Source: Actinomycetota bacterium
GTDB lineage: Bacteria; Actinomycetota; Acidimicrobiia; IMCC26256; BP-133
Assembly (NCBI GenBank): GCA_030838815.1
Contig: JAUZEX010000700.1
Location: forward strand, 1-35,721
Reading direction: 5' to 3'
DNA: 35,721 bases
Position numbers and translations under genes: made by a program. Of this stretch, positions 8,239-16,386 are shown piece by piece (the first letter of the stretch is position 1; each line of letters opens with the position of its first letter). The notes under the pieces are model-generated. The model did not search any database. It worked only from the letters and a program-made list of their open reading frames with translations, and was not told the DNA's origin.

Positions 8239-8688
8239 GTGAAAGTCGACGGCACCAAGGGGTACGCCTTCCCCGCCCGGGAGATCCTCCCGGAGGAGGT
8301 CCTGTCCGTGAGCCATTTCGCCCGGGTCGTCGGATCGCCCGACCGGGCCTTCTACAGCACGGAGGTGGCCCGGGCGGCCGGCTACGCCGCCCGACCGCTG
8401 CCCCGGGGCCTTCCGCTGTTCTTCAACGCCATCACCGAAGCCGAGCTGCTCGAGACCCTCGGGATCATCTACGGAAAGACCCTGGCCGCCGGGCTGGAGG
8501 TCGAATACGGCGTGGTGGTGACCGAGCAGGACCCACTGGTGGGCCAGGCCCGCGTCGCCGACGCCTACGAGCGCGTGGGCAAGGACGGGACGCTCCGTCA
8601 TTTCCTCGTCCTGGAGACCGAGTACCGCAACCGCCAGGGCGACATGGTCAGCCGCACCCGGGTGACGTTCATCGAAAGGGCGCAGTGA
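8239..8688 (+). CDS. Hotdog-fold protein, MaoC_dehydrat_N-like subunit (second pair)
   Basis: 149 aa ending ...HFLVLETEYRNRQGDMVSRTRVTFIER, the same C-terminal pattern as 3595-3984. Its stop overlaps the start of the next gene. Confidence 0.7.
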   Translation: MKVDGTKGYAFPAREILPEEVLSVSHFARVVGSPDRAFYSTEVARAAGYAARPLPRGLPLFFNAITEAELLETLGIIYGKTLAAGLEVEYGVVVTEQDPLVGQARVADAYERVGKDGTLRHFLVLETEYRNRQGDMVSRTRVTFIERAQ

Positions 8689-9116
8689 TGCATCAGGCTC
8701 TGGCCGGGGTGACCGTGGGGGACGAGCTGCCGGAACGCAGGGTCGGTCCGTTGACCCGCATGGACTTCGCCCGGTTCTCCGTCTCGACCGACGATCCCAA
8801 CCGTGTCCACATCGAAGAGGCCGTAGCGACCGGTGCCGGGCTTCCGGACGTGATCGGCTCGGGAGGCATCGTGGCCGGTCTCCTCACCGACCTCGTCACG
8901 TCATGGGGCGGCCTCGACGCGCTGCGCTCGGCCACGCTGCGGGTCACGGCGCCGCTCTTCCCGGGGACGGTGCTCCTCGCTCGGGGAAACGTCGTCCGGC
9001 GGGACGACGGAGGTGAAGGCGTGGTGGAGGTCGAGGCCTCCGCCGTCGACGCCGGCGGGAATCGAATCGGCGAGGGGACGTTCCTGCTCCGGCTCCGCCC
9101 GGAGGAGCCGTCGTGA
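8685..9116 (+). CDS. MaoC-like (R)-specific enoyl-CoA hydratase subunit (second pair)
   Basis: 143 aa with FARFSVSTDDPNRVHIEEAVATGAGLPDVIGSGG, a MaoC dehydratase motif. Start is GTG 8685 or ATG 8688. Confidence 0.8.
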   Translation: MMHQALAGVTVGDELPERRVGPLTRMDFARFSVSTDDPNRVHIEEAVATGAGLPDVIGSGGIVAGLLTDLVTSWGGLDALRSATLRVTAPLFPGTVLLARGNVVRRDDGGEGVVEVEASAVDAGGNRIGEGTFLLRLRPEEPS

Positions 9117-9289
9117 CCGAACAGCAGCGCATCGACGCGGTGCACGGAATGCTGGCGACGGCCAAGGCCCTCGCCGCCGAGGACGATCCCCTGCTCGACG
9201 AGGTCATGCCCCGGGTGGTGGCCATCCTGCACGACGCCATCCGCCTGCTCGACCCGGATTACATGGACGACTCCCTGTCCCGGGCGTGA
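9113..9289 (+). CDS. Unlisted 58-aa ORF, translationally coupled (GTGA) to the MaoC gene
   Basis: My own translation: VTEQQRIDAVHGMLATAKALAAEDDPLLDEVMPRVVAILHDAIRLLDPDYMDDSLSRA*. Almost every third position is G/C. Too short for the supplied ORF track. Confidence 0.4.
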   Translation: MTEQQRIDAVHGMLATAKALAAEDDPLLDEVMPRVVAILHDAIRLLDPDYMDDSLSRA

Positions 9290-9314
9290 CTCGTTCGGTT
9301 GGAACCGCTCACCG

Positions 9315-9343
9315 TTGACATCATCGGCCGCGAGTTTTACTTT
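9315..9343 (+). promoter_or_regulatory. Candidate sigma70-type promoter of the ABC-transporter operon
   Basis: TTGACA (9315-9320), a 17-nt spacer, then TACTTT (9338-9343). About 35 nt upstream of GTG 9377. Confidence 0.55.
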
Positions 9344-9354
9344 CTGTCCAGTAA
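9337..9354. promoter_or_regulatory. Operator-like dyad B: TTACT-N8-AGTAA
   Basis: TTACTTTCTGTCCAGTAA has the same arm sequence and 8-nt spacing as dyad A. It overlaps the candidate -10 hexamer. Confidence 0.55.
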
Positions 9355-9376
9355 GTTGGGTCAAGGGGGGATCGCT

Positions 9377-10882
9377 GTGAGTGGGTTCCTGCGGAACAGC
9401 GCAGTGGCAATGTTGGCCCTGGTGGCCGCGGCGTGCGGATCGACCGCGCCGCTGACGTCCGTTGGCACACAAGGGGCACCGGGCGCCCAGGCTCTCGGCA
9501 GCGACGCCTCCCAGGGGCTTGACGGCTCCGCCGCCGGCGCCGGTGGCGGCAGCGCCGGGACGGCGGCGGGCGCGAACCCCGGAGCGTCGGGGTCCGTGGT
9601 GGCGGGCACCGGTACCGCCGCAACGGGTGCCGCGGCCTCCCCGAGCGGTGTGGGGGCCGGCGGAAAGAGCGCCACCGTCGGGCCGACGACCACGACCGGA
9701 CGTGCCGCCCCGGGTCCCGGTGTGGGCAAGGGCCCGGCCGCACCAGGTCAACTTCCCGCCTTCCCCGAAGACGGGGTCACCGCCTCGACGATCACCATCG
9801 GCGGGATCTTCCCGATCAGCAGCGGCTTCTCGCAGGTCTTCAACAGCAAGGAACTGGCCCGGATGGTCACCAAGTTGGTCGAGCGGACCAACGCCGCGGG
9901 TGGCATCAACGGCCGCAAGGTCCGGTTCGTCTGGTACGACGACGGGTTCGATCCCGGGCGCGGCGCCGAGGTCGTGAAGAAGCTCGTCGAACAGGACAAG
10001 GTCACCGCCATCATCTCGACGCTGTCGACGTTCACGACCCAGACCACGGCCAAGTACCTGCTGGACCACAACGTGGCCCACATCGCTCCGGAGGGCTATC
10101 AGCCGGAGTCGTATTCCATGCCGAACTTTTACCCGGTGACGAACTTCTTCGACGTTCAGGGCGCCCGGATCGGCAAGTACCTCACCTGCGAGCTCGGCAT
10201 CAAGCGGGTCGGGGTCTGGTCGATCGCCGACTTCCCCGCCTCGAAGCTCGGTGGTGACTCCATCGTCAAGGCCGTCCAGGCCTGCGGGGGAACGGTCGTC
10301 GACCGTGAAGACCCGAAGTTCTTCGAGGCCGACTACACGCCCTACATCCTCCGGATGCGGGCGGCCAATCCCGACGTGATCGCCTCGGCGATGGACCCGC
10401 TCGACGACGCCGTGATGGTCCAGACGGCGCAGACCCAGAACTACCGGCCGCCGAAGGGCATGATGTTCCTCTCGGCGATGTCGGCCTTCAAGTCGATCGC
10501 CCAGGGCATGGGCAGCTTCGCCGACGGCTTCTGGTCGGTGTCCGAGTTCGACGCGTCGGTCGGCGCCAACAGCCCGCTCCTCAACGATTTCCTCACCTTC
10601 GCGAAGTCCATCGGGCTCGACGGCAGCGACCGCTTCCCGCTGGAGGCGTGGTCGGGATGGGCCATCTTCGAGGCCGCCGCCCGGGCCGCCGGCCCCGAGC
10701 TCAACCGGACGACGCTGCGGCGGGAGCTGGACAAGCTCGACATCGACCTGGGCTTCGCCTGTGAACCGTTCCACTTCCGCCCCGGGCCCAAGAAGGCCAA
10801 TCCCTGTCTCCGGGTCATGCAATGGGATGCCAAGAAACAGGTGTGGAACACGCTCAAGCCGTTCGAGCGAGTTGTCGGCTGA
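9377..10882 (+). CDS. Liv/HAAT-type ABC substrate-binding lipoprotein (Peripla_BP_6-like) with a long low-complexity tether
   Basis: GTG 9377 follows a G-rich RBS. Signal peptide plus lipobox (AMLALVAAAC|GS). About 115 aa of Gly/Ala/Ser/Thr/Pro-rich linker. Then a type-1 PBP core (ITIGGIFPISSG...AAGGINGRKVRFVWYDDGFDP). Confidence 0.85.
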   Translation: MSGFLRNSAVAMLALVAAACGSTAPLTSVGTQGAPGAQALGSDASQGLDGSAAGAGGGSAGTAAGANPGASGSVVAGTGTAATGAAASPSGVGAGGKSATVGPTTTTGRAAPGPGVGKGPAAPGQLPAFPEDGVTASTITIGGIFPISSGFSQVFNSKELARMVTKLVERTNAAGGINGRKVRFVWYDDGFDPGRGAEVVKKLVEQDKVTAIISTLSTFTTQTTAKYLLDHNVAHIAPEGYQPESYSMPNFYPVTNFFDVQGARIGKYLTCELGIKRVGVWSIADFPASKLGGDSIVKAVQACGGTVVDREDPKFFEADYTPYILRMRAANPDVIASAMDPLDDAVMVQTAQTQNYRPPKGMMFLSAMSAFKSIAQGMGSFADGFWSVSEFDASVGANSPLLNDFLTFAKSIGLDGSDRFPLEAWSGWAIFEAAARAAGPELNRTTLRRELDKLDIDLGFACEPFHFRPGPKKANPCLRVMQWDAKKQVWNTLKPFERVVG

Positions 10883-10884
10883 GC

Positions 10885-12333
10885 ATGAAGCCTGCACGAG
10901 CATTCAGACGCCTCGCCGTCGCCGCTTCCGCCGTCGCCCTGACCGCCGGTGTGGGCGGGGGGTGGGCTGGGGCCGACACCGAGCAGGAGTTCCACTGGAG
11001 CCGCCTCGACGCCTCGATCGACGTCTCCACCTGGGCCGCCGGACAGGTCAGCGGGGTGGTGCGGGTCTGGGGCGCCCACGCTTTCTCCCACCTGGACGAT
11101 TCGCCCGCCGCCCGGGCCATCGGCTCGCCGATGGACGTGGGCATCCTGGCCACGGCCTCGGGATTCAAGGGCGTTCCGTACCCGCTGACTTCGGAGAGTT
11201 TGAGCCCCGGCGGGGCCGACAAGGCGCAGTTCGCCGACGCCTCGAAGAGCATCCCGGGCGTCGTCGACGCAAAGCAGGTGTTCTCCGCCGCGTCCACCAG
11301 GGCCAATCCTCCGGCGGCGGCGGCCGAGGGCGGCGGGCAGTCGGCCGTCACGCCCAACTTCACCGTCTCGAACTACCGGGCGAACTCCAACCTGGCCGAC
11401 GACGGGAACGGGAAGGTCGCCGGCCACGGCACGGTCTCCCTGGACCAGATCGTGATGGGGCCCCTCGCCGTGGGGAACGTGACCTCGCTGATCGAGGGCG
11501 CCACGGACGGGACTCAGGCGGGCACCAAGATGGCAGCCCGAACCCTGGTCACCGGGGCCACCGTCAACGGGATCCCGGTCGAGATCGGCTCTTCCGGCGT
11601 GACCGTCGCCGACCAACGGGGAGGCGGCGAAGGGGTGGCCGCCCTCAACGAGCAGATCAGCAGCGCCCTCAAATCCGCCGGGATCTTCGAGGTTTCCGTG
11701 GCCGAACCGAAGACATCGACCGGTCCGAACGGCCTGAGCACCGAGGCCGGTGGCCTGCGGGTCAAGTTCGTCCCGACACCCGAGATGAGCGGGGTCGTGA
11801 ACGCCGCCGTTCCGGTCGAAGCGGCCTTCGCCGCCGCCCGCGGAAACCTCCTCGCCACCGCCCGGGGCGAAGGCGGCTCCGACGACGGCTTCGGTGGCGG
11901 GGTTCTCGAGCCCGACCCCTCGTCCGTCATTCCGCCCGTGGCCCCGGGTGACGGCTCGGCCCCGTCGGTCTTTGGAGACTCCGGCTCGTCGGCGCTGCCG
12001 TCGGCCTCTTCGACCATGCCGGCGTCCGGCGGCACCGTTGGCGCCTCGGGCCTTTCGTCCGTCGCCGGCGCCACGTCGGACGGCCTGGGCACCGGCGTCT
12101 CCGAGTCCAGCGCCGCAACATCGCCGGCCGCCGCCCCCCCGGGTCCCACCGACCTTCAAGCCCAACCGATCACGGCCGTCCGCTGGAGCGACGCACCCTG
12201 GGTCGCCGCGCTGGCGCTGTTCAGCGCGGCCATCCTCGCCATCATGGTCGTCGCCGCCCGCCGCGGCCGTGCCGGTCTGGCACCGTCCAACCTCCGGCAG
12301 GCGATGGAGTCCCTGACCGGTGGGGCTTCATGA
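10885..12333 (+). CDS. Secreted protein of unknown function with a C-terminal membrane anchor
   Basis: ATG 10885 lies 2 nt after the SBP stop. Signal peptide MKPARAFRRLAVAASAVALTAGVGGGWAGA. Ser/Gly/Ala/Pro-rich stalk. C-terminal TM helix WVAALALFSAAILAIMVVAARRGR. I saw no LPXTG motif. Confidence 0.6.
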   Translation: MKPARAFRRLAVAASAVALTAGVGGGWAGADTEQEFHWSRLDASIDVSTWAAGQVSGVVRVWGAHAFSHLDDSPAARAIGSPMDVGILATASGFKGVPYPLTSESLSPGGADKAQFADASKSIPGVVDAKQVFSAASTRANPPAAAAEGGGQSAVTPNFTVSNYRANSNLADDGNGKVAGHGTVSLDQIVMGPLAVGNVTSLIEGATDGTQAGTKMAARTLVTGATVNGIPVEIGSSGVTVADQRGGGEGVAALNEQISSALKSAGIFEVSVAEPKTSTGPNGLSTEAGGLRVKFVPTPEMSGVVNAAVPVEAAFAAARGNLLATARGEGGSDDGFGGGVLEPDPSSVIPPVAPGDGSAPSVFGDSGSSALPSASSTMPASGGTVGASGLSSVAGATSDGLGTGVSESSAATSPAAAPPGPTDLQAQPITAVRWSDAPWVAALALFSAAILAIMVVAARRGRAGLAPSNLRQAMESLTGGAS

Positions 12334-12374
12334 CCCCTTCCGCTCCGCTCGCCGTGACACCGGAGGTGTGAACG

Positions 12375-12833
12375 ATGTCAGCCGCCGAATACGATGACCG
12401 GCTCCAACCGCTCGAAGCCGAACAAGCCATCGACGCTCGGGACGAGCGCAAGAGCCGACTGGCGGCGCTCTTCGCCGACCCGTTGTGGATCCTTCTCTTC
12501 CTCGGGGTGGTGACCATCGCCGGAGGGATGCTGGGCGTCTTCCTGTCCCTCACCCGGGTGCGCCCCGAGGTCGTCGTCCTCCGCCAGATCCCCTATGTGG
12601 TCAGCGCCATCGCCTTCGGAACGCTGGCCCAACTGGGCGCCTTCGCCTGCCTGGGCTTTTTCGCCTGGCGCGCCTTCGGCCACATGCGCCGGCTGACGTC
12701 GGAGCTCGAAGAGGCGGCCGCCGCCCTGATGTGGGAACGCGTCGCGACGTCGGAGGCGGACCGCCTCGGCCGCAACGCCGCTCCGCCGCCGTCCCGGACG
12801 GCCCCCCAGCCGTTGCGCAGCTCGGCCGGCTGA
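12375..12833 (+). CDS. Small membrane protein (two predicted TM helices), unknown function
   Basis: GGAGG RBS. Hydrophobic stretches LWILLFLGVVTIAGGMLGVFLSL and VVSAIAFGTLAQLGAFACLGFFAW. Confidence 0.55.
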   Translation: MSAAEYDDRLQPLEAEQAIDARDERKSRLAALFADPLWILLFLGVVTIAGGMLGVFLSLTRVRPEVVVLRQIPYVVSAIAFGTLAQLGAFACLGFFAWRAFGHMRRLTSELEEAAAALMWERVATSEADRLGRNAAPPPSRTAPQPLRSSAG

Positions 12834-12846
12834 GGAGCGACGCCGC

Positions 12847-13704
12847 GTGTTCCTCCAGTTCGTGATCGTCGGCATCGGCATCGGCTTCATCTACGTGCTG
12901 TTCGCCGTCGGCATGGTGCTCATCTACCGCGAGAGCCGGGTGGTGAACTTCGCCCATGGGGGCTTCGCCGCCGCAGGTGCCTACTTCTTCACCACCGTCT
13001 ACAGCGGTGGTGACCGGCACTACGGCCTGGCCCTGCTGGCTTCGATGCTGCTCTGCGCCGCCCTCGGCTGGCTGGCCTATCGGGTCGTCCTCCAGGCCCT
13101 GACGGGCTCCGACGAGCTCACCATGGCCATGGGCACCCTGGGCATCCTCACCTGCACGATCGCCGGGATCCTTTGGGTGTTCGGTCCCACGCCCCGCTCC
13201 GTACCGGCGGCCTTCGGGGCCGACGGGCTCACCTTCGGCTCCCTCGTGGTCACCTACCACTCGATCGCCATCATGGGCGCGGGCACCGCCCTCTGCGCCG
13301 CCCTGGGCTACGTCGTCCAGCGGACGGGTGTCGGCCGCTCGCTCCGGGCCATCTCGGAGAACCGGACGACGGCGACCTTGATCGGGATCCCGGTACGCCG
13401 CTACGACGAAGTGACGTGGGCCATCGCCGGGGCTCTGGCGGGATTCGCCGGGGTCATGGTCACGCCGAGCACCGGAGTCAGCGCTGCCGCCCTCGTGTTC
13501 CTCCTGGTCAAGGGCTTCGCCGCCGCGCTCATCGGGCGGTTCGAGAACCTGCTGATGGTGGTGGCCGGCGGCCTGACGATCGGCGTGATCGAAAGCCTCG
13601 TCATCTGGAAGTTCCAGCAGGTGAACGGGTTGCGCGAGCTTCTGGCCTTCGCCCTCATCGCCGGCGCCCTGCTCTCCCGGGAACGGGAGCGGGTGATCGC
13701 GTGA
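12847..13704 (+). CDS. Branched-chain-amino-acid-type ABC permease (LivH-like)
   Basis: 285 aa. FLQFVIVGIGIGFIYVLFAVGMVLIYRESRVVNFAHGGF is a typical LivH N-terminus. Confidence 0.9.
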   Translation: MFLQFVIVGIGIGFIYVLFAVGMVLIYRESRVVNFAHGGFAAAGAYFFTTVYSGGDRHYGLALLASMLLCAALGWLAYRVVLQALTGSDELTMAMGTLGILTCTIAGILWVFGPTPRSVPAAFGADGLTFGSLVVTYHSIAIMGAGTALCAALGYVVQRTGVGRSLRAISENRTTATLIGIPVRRYDEVTWAIAGALAGFAGVMVTPSTGVSAAALVFLLVKGFAAALIGRFENLLMVVAGGLTIGVIESLVIWKFQQVNGLRELLAFALIAGALLSRERERVIA

Positions 13705-15629
13705 CCCGGGCCGGCCTCAAGGAGATCCTCGGCGCCACGAGGACCTGCTCGCTGGTCGACGTGTCGCGGGGCCGCGTGGTCCTCGAACGGCGACGAGCCG
13801 AGCTCGCCGAACAGGAACGGGCCCGGCGGGACTCGCCGGAGACGTGGCGGGCCCGGGCCCGGGCGGCGCTGGTCGTCCTGGCCGCACTCATGGTCCTGTA
13901 CCCGGCCGCCGTCGACAGCTACTGGACGTTCGTCGGTACCACCGCCCTCGTCACCGCCATCACGGCCCTCAGCTTCGTCGTACTCGTGGGGCTGGCCGGC
14001 CTGCCGTCCTTCGTCCAGGCCACCTTCATGGGAATCGGGGCCTACACAACCTTCAACCTGGAAAAGGCCGACGTCGGCTTTCCCTGGACGGTGCTGCTGT
14101 CGGGGCTGATCGTGATGGTGCCGGCCATCATCGTCGCCCTGCCGAGCCTGCGACTGCGCGGTGTGAGCCTCGGCATCCTCACCCTGGCCGCGGCGGTGGT
14201 GGCCGACCGGCTGGTGTTCCAGTGGCGCTGGTTCACCGGCGTCCTGTCGGGCGCCTCGGTGCCGCCGGCGCAGCTCGGGCCGCTCCACCTCGGGAGCGAC
14301 ACGGCCCAGTACGGCGTGGCGGCGATCGTGTTCGTCCTCTGTCTCCTCTTCGTCTGGCGGATCACCCGGGGCTCGACCGGCCGGGCCTTCCTCGCTCTTC
14401 AGGGCAGCGAACCGGGGGCGGTGGCCGCCGGACTCAACCCCGACCTGCTCAAGCTGGAGGCCTTCGCCATCGGAGGGTTCCTGGCCGGGGTGGGAGGAAG
14501 CCTCTTCGCCTACGGGTTGGGCTCGCTCAGCGTCGTGTCGTTCAACTTCGTCGTGTCCCTCAACCTCATGGTGGTCGCCGTTGTCGGCGGCGTGTACCAC
14601 CCGCTGGGCGCTCTCGCCGCCGGGGTGGTGTATGCCTTCGGGCCCGCCCTGCTCCGAGAGGCGAACCTCGACCCGAACCTCGCCTTCCTTCTCACCGGAG
14701 CCGGCCTCGTCGTGGCCCTCATCGCCGGCCGCGGCGGCATCGCTCAGTGGGTGGGGAGCGCTCTGCGGGCCCGTTCCCGCCCCGCCATCCTCCGGCCGCC
14801 CTCCGCCGGGGCCGTCCCTGCCACCGCCACCCGACCCGCCGGCCAGCCCCAGCTCGACGCCACCCCGTCCGACAGCGTGCTCGAGCTCCGCGGCCTGGGC
14901 AAGCGCTTCGGCGGAGTGCAGGCGGTCTCCGATGTCAGCCTCCGGATCCCGCAGGGCCAACTGGCCGCCCTGATCGGGCCGAACGGAGCTGGCAAGTCGA
15001 CGCTCTTCCGGCTCATCAACGGCATGGTGGCCCCCGACACTGGAGACGTTTTTCTCCACGGGCGATCTTTGCTGGCCCTGAGCTCGACCGCCCGGGCCCG
15101 GAGGGGTCTCGGCTGGACGTACCAGAGCACGCAGCTCTTCCCCTCGCTGACGACGGTGGAAAACCTGCTGGTGCCACTGGAGCAACACCGTCCGGGCGAC
15201 GTGGCCGGCGATGTCCTGTCCCGGCCGAAGTCGCGGCATCGGCGGGGAGAACTGGTCGAACGGGCTTACCTGGCGCTCGACGAGGCCGGGCTCGGACGAC
15301 AGGCCAACGAGCTCGTGGGCAACCTGCCGTTCGGCGTGCTGCGGCGGCTGGAGGTCGCCCGGGCGGTGGTCAGCGACCCGGCCATCCTGCTGCTCGACGA
15401 GCCGGCGACGGGCATGAACGTCGGCGAGACCGAGGACTTCGCCGAGTTCCTCCGCTCGATCTGGGCCCGGCATCACATCACGATCTTCTTCATCGAGCAC
15501 GACATGAACCTGGTGATGCCGGTCGCCCACCAGGTCTTCGTGCTCGACTTCGGCCAGCTGATCGCCTCCGGCACGCCGGCGGAGATCCAGAACAACCAGC
15601 GCGTCATCGACGTGTACCTCGGCGCATGA
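13701..15629 (+). CDS. Fused LivM-like permease and LivG-like ATPase
   Basis: One uninterrupted frame. Permease core (SFVVLVGLAGLPSFVQATFMGIGAYT...). Pro/Ala-rich linker. ATPase with Walker A GPNGAGKST, LPFGVLRRLEVARA and Walker B ILLLDEPATG. The start is taken as GTG 13701 (GTGA overlap with livH), but other in-frame starts up to about 13840 are possible. Confidence 0.8.
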   Translation: MTRAGLKEILGATRTCSLVDVSRGRVVLERRRAELAEQERARRDSPETWRARARAALVVLAALMVLYPAAVDSYWTFVGTTALVTAITALSFVVLVGLAGLPSFVQATFMGIGAYTTFNLEKADVGFPWTVLLSGLIVMVPAIIVALPSLRLRGVSLGILTLAAAVVADRLVFQWRWFTGVLSGASVPPAQLGPLHLGSDTAQYGVAAIVFVLCLLFVWRITRGSTGRAFLALQGSEPGAVAAGLNPDLLKLEAFAIGGFLAGVGGSLFAYGLGSLSVVSFNFVVSLNLMVVAVVGGVYHPLGALAAGVVYAFGPALLREANLDPNLAFLLTGAGLVVALIAGRGGIAQWVGSALRARSRPAILRPPSAGAVPATATRPAGQPQLDATPSDSVLELRGLGKRFGGVQAVSDVSLRIPQGQLAALIGPNGAGKSTLFRLINGMVAPDTGDVFLHGRSLLALSSTARARRGLGWTYQSTQLFPSLTTVENLLVPLEQHRPGDVAGDVLSRPKSRHRRGELVERAYLALDEAGLGRQANELVGNLPFGVLRRLEVARAVVSDPAILLLDEPATGMNVGETEDFAEFLRSIWARHHITIFFIEHDMNLVMPVAHQVFVLDFGQLIASGTPAEIQNNQRVIDVYLGA

Positions 15630-16372
15630 GCCTCCTCCGGCTCGATGGGGTCGTCGCCGGCTACGGCCGCGTGAGGGTGCTCCATGGATTGAGCCTCAGC
15701 GTCGACGAAGGGCAGATCGTCAGCCTCCTCGGCGCCAACGGGGTCGGCAAGACCACGACGCTGAAGGTCATCAGCGGCCTGCTGGCGGCAAAGGCCGGCA
15801 CGGTCAGCTTCGATGGCGTTCCTCTCGGCTCGCGGCCGGCGGATGCCATCGCCCGGGCGGGCATCGCCCACGTGCCCGAGGGTCGGGGCATCTTTGCGAC
15901 GCTCACGGTCGGGGAGAACCTCCAACTCGGTGGGCGCCGGCTCAGGTCGCGGTACGCCGCCGAGCTCGAGCAGGTGTTCGACCTGTTTCCCCGGCTGTCC
16001 CAACGCCTGGGCCAGCGGGCCGGCACCCTCTCCGGGGGGGAGCAACAGATGCTGGCCATCGGTCGGGCCCTCCTCCAGCAGCCCCGGCTGCTCATGATCG
16101 ACGAGCTGTCACTCGGCCTGGCCCCCGTGGTGCTCGACGAACTCTTTCCCGTGCTCCCCCGCATCGCCGCCTCCGGCACGGCCGTGCTGCTGGTCGAGCA
16201 GTTCGTCGGCCGGGCCCTCCAGGTCGCCGGCTACGCCTATTTGCTCGAGAAGGGCCGAGTGCAGGCCCACGGTTCGCCGACGGAGCTCTCGCAGGACCAG
16301 CGCGCTCTGGAAAGCGCCTACCTCGGAGGAGCCCGCGCCACAGCCGCCGCCCACCCGTCCATCAACCCATAA
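15626..16372 (+). CDS. LivF-like ABC ATPase
   Basis: ATGA overlap at 15626-15629. Walker A GANGVGKTT, signature LSGGEQQML, Walker B LLMIDELSLGL. Confidence 0.9.
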   Translation: MSLLRLDGVVAGYGRVRVLHGLSLSVDEGQIVSLLGANGVGKTTTLKVISGLLAAKAGTVSFDGVPLGSRPADAIARAGIAHVPEGRGIFATLTVGENLQLGGRRLRSRYAAELEQVFDLFPRLSQRLGQRAGTLSGGEQQMLAIGRALLQQPRLLMIDELSLGLAPVVLDELFPVLPRIAASGTAVLLVEQFVGRALQVAGYAYLLEKGRVQAHGSPTELSQDQRALESAYLGGARATAAAHPSINP

Positions 16373-16386
16373 GGAGAACCCCTCAC

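Noticed and set aside
9440-9790. Gly/Ala-rich stretch as a DNA tandem repeat or PE/PGRS-like element
   Set aside because: I could find no regular nucleotide period. It reads as a low-complexity linker within the SBP frame.
8693-10903. 736-aa minus-strand ORF, with similar long shadow ORFs at 10441-12165 (-), 13401-15530 (-), 19609-21603 (-), 21837-22955 (-), 22915-24069 (-), 24103-25413 (-), 26874-28583 (-), 27994-29523 (+), 4312-5778 (-) and 5790-6836 (-)
   Set aside because: All lie antisense or out of frame to genes with clear family motifs. Their translations are Arg/Pro/Gly/Ala-dominated with no recognisable domains. Long stop-free off-frames are expected in GC-rich DNA.
13173-16372. 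N-terminal extensions in the track ORFs 13173-15629, 13844-16372, 21249-22949, 32147-34210, 3239-3766, 16602-17513, 17390-18877, 9299-10882 and 10822-12333
   Set aside because: The extensions overlap the preceding gene and are low-complexity. Internal ATG/GTG/TTG starts give stop/start overlaps or sit behind Shine-Dalgarno-like sequences, and they match the expected N-termini of the families.
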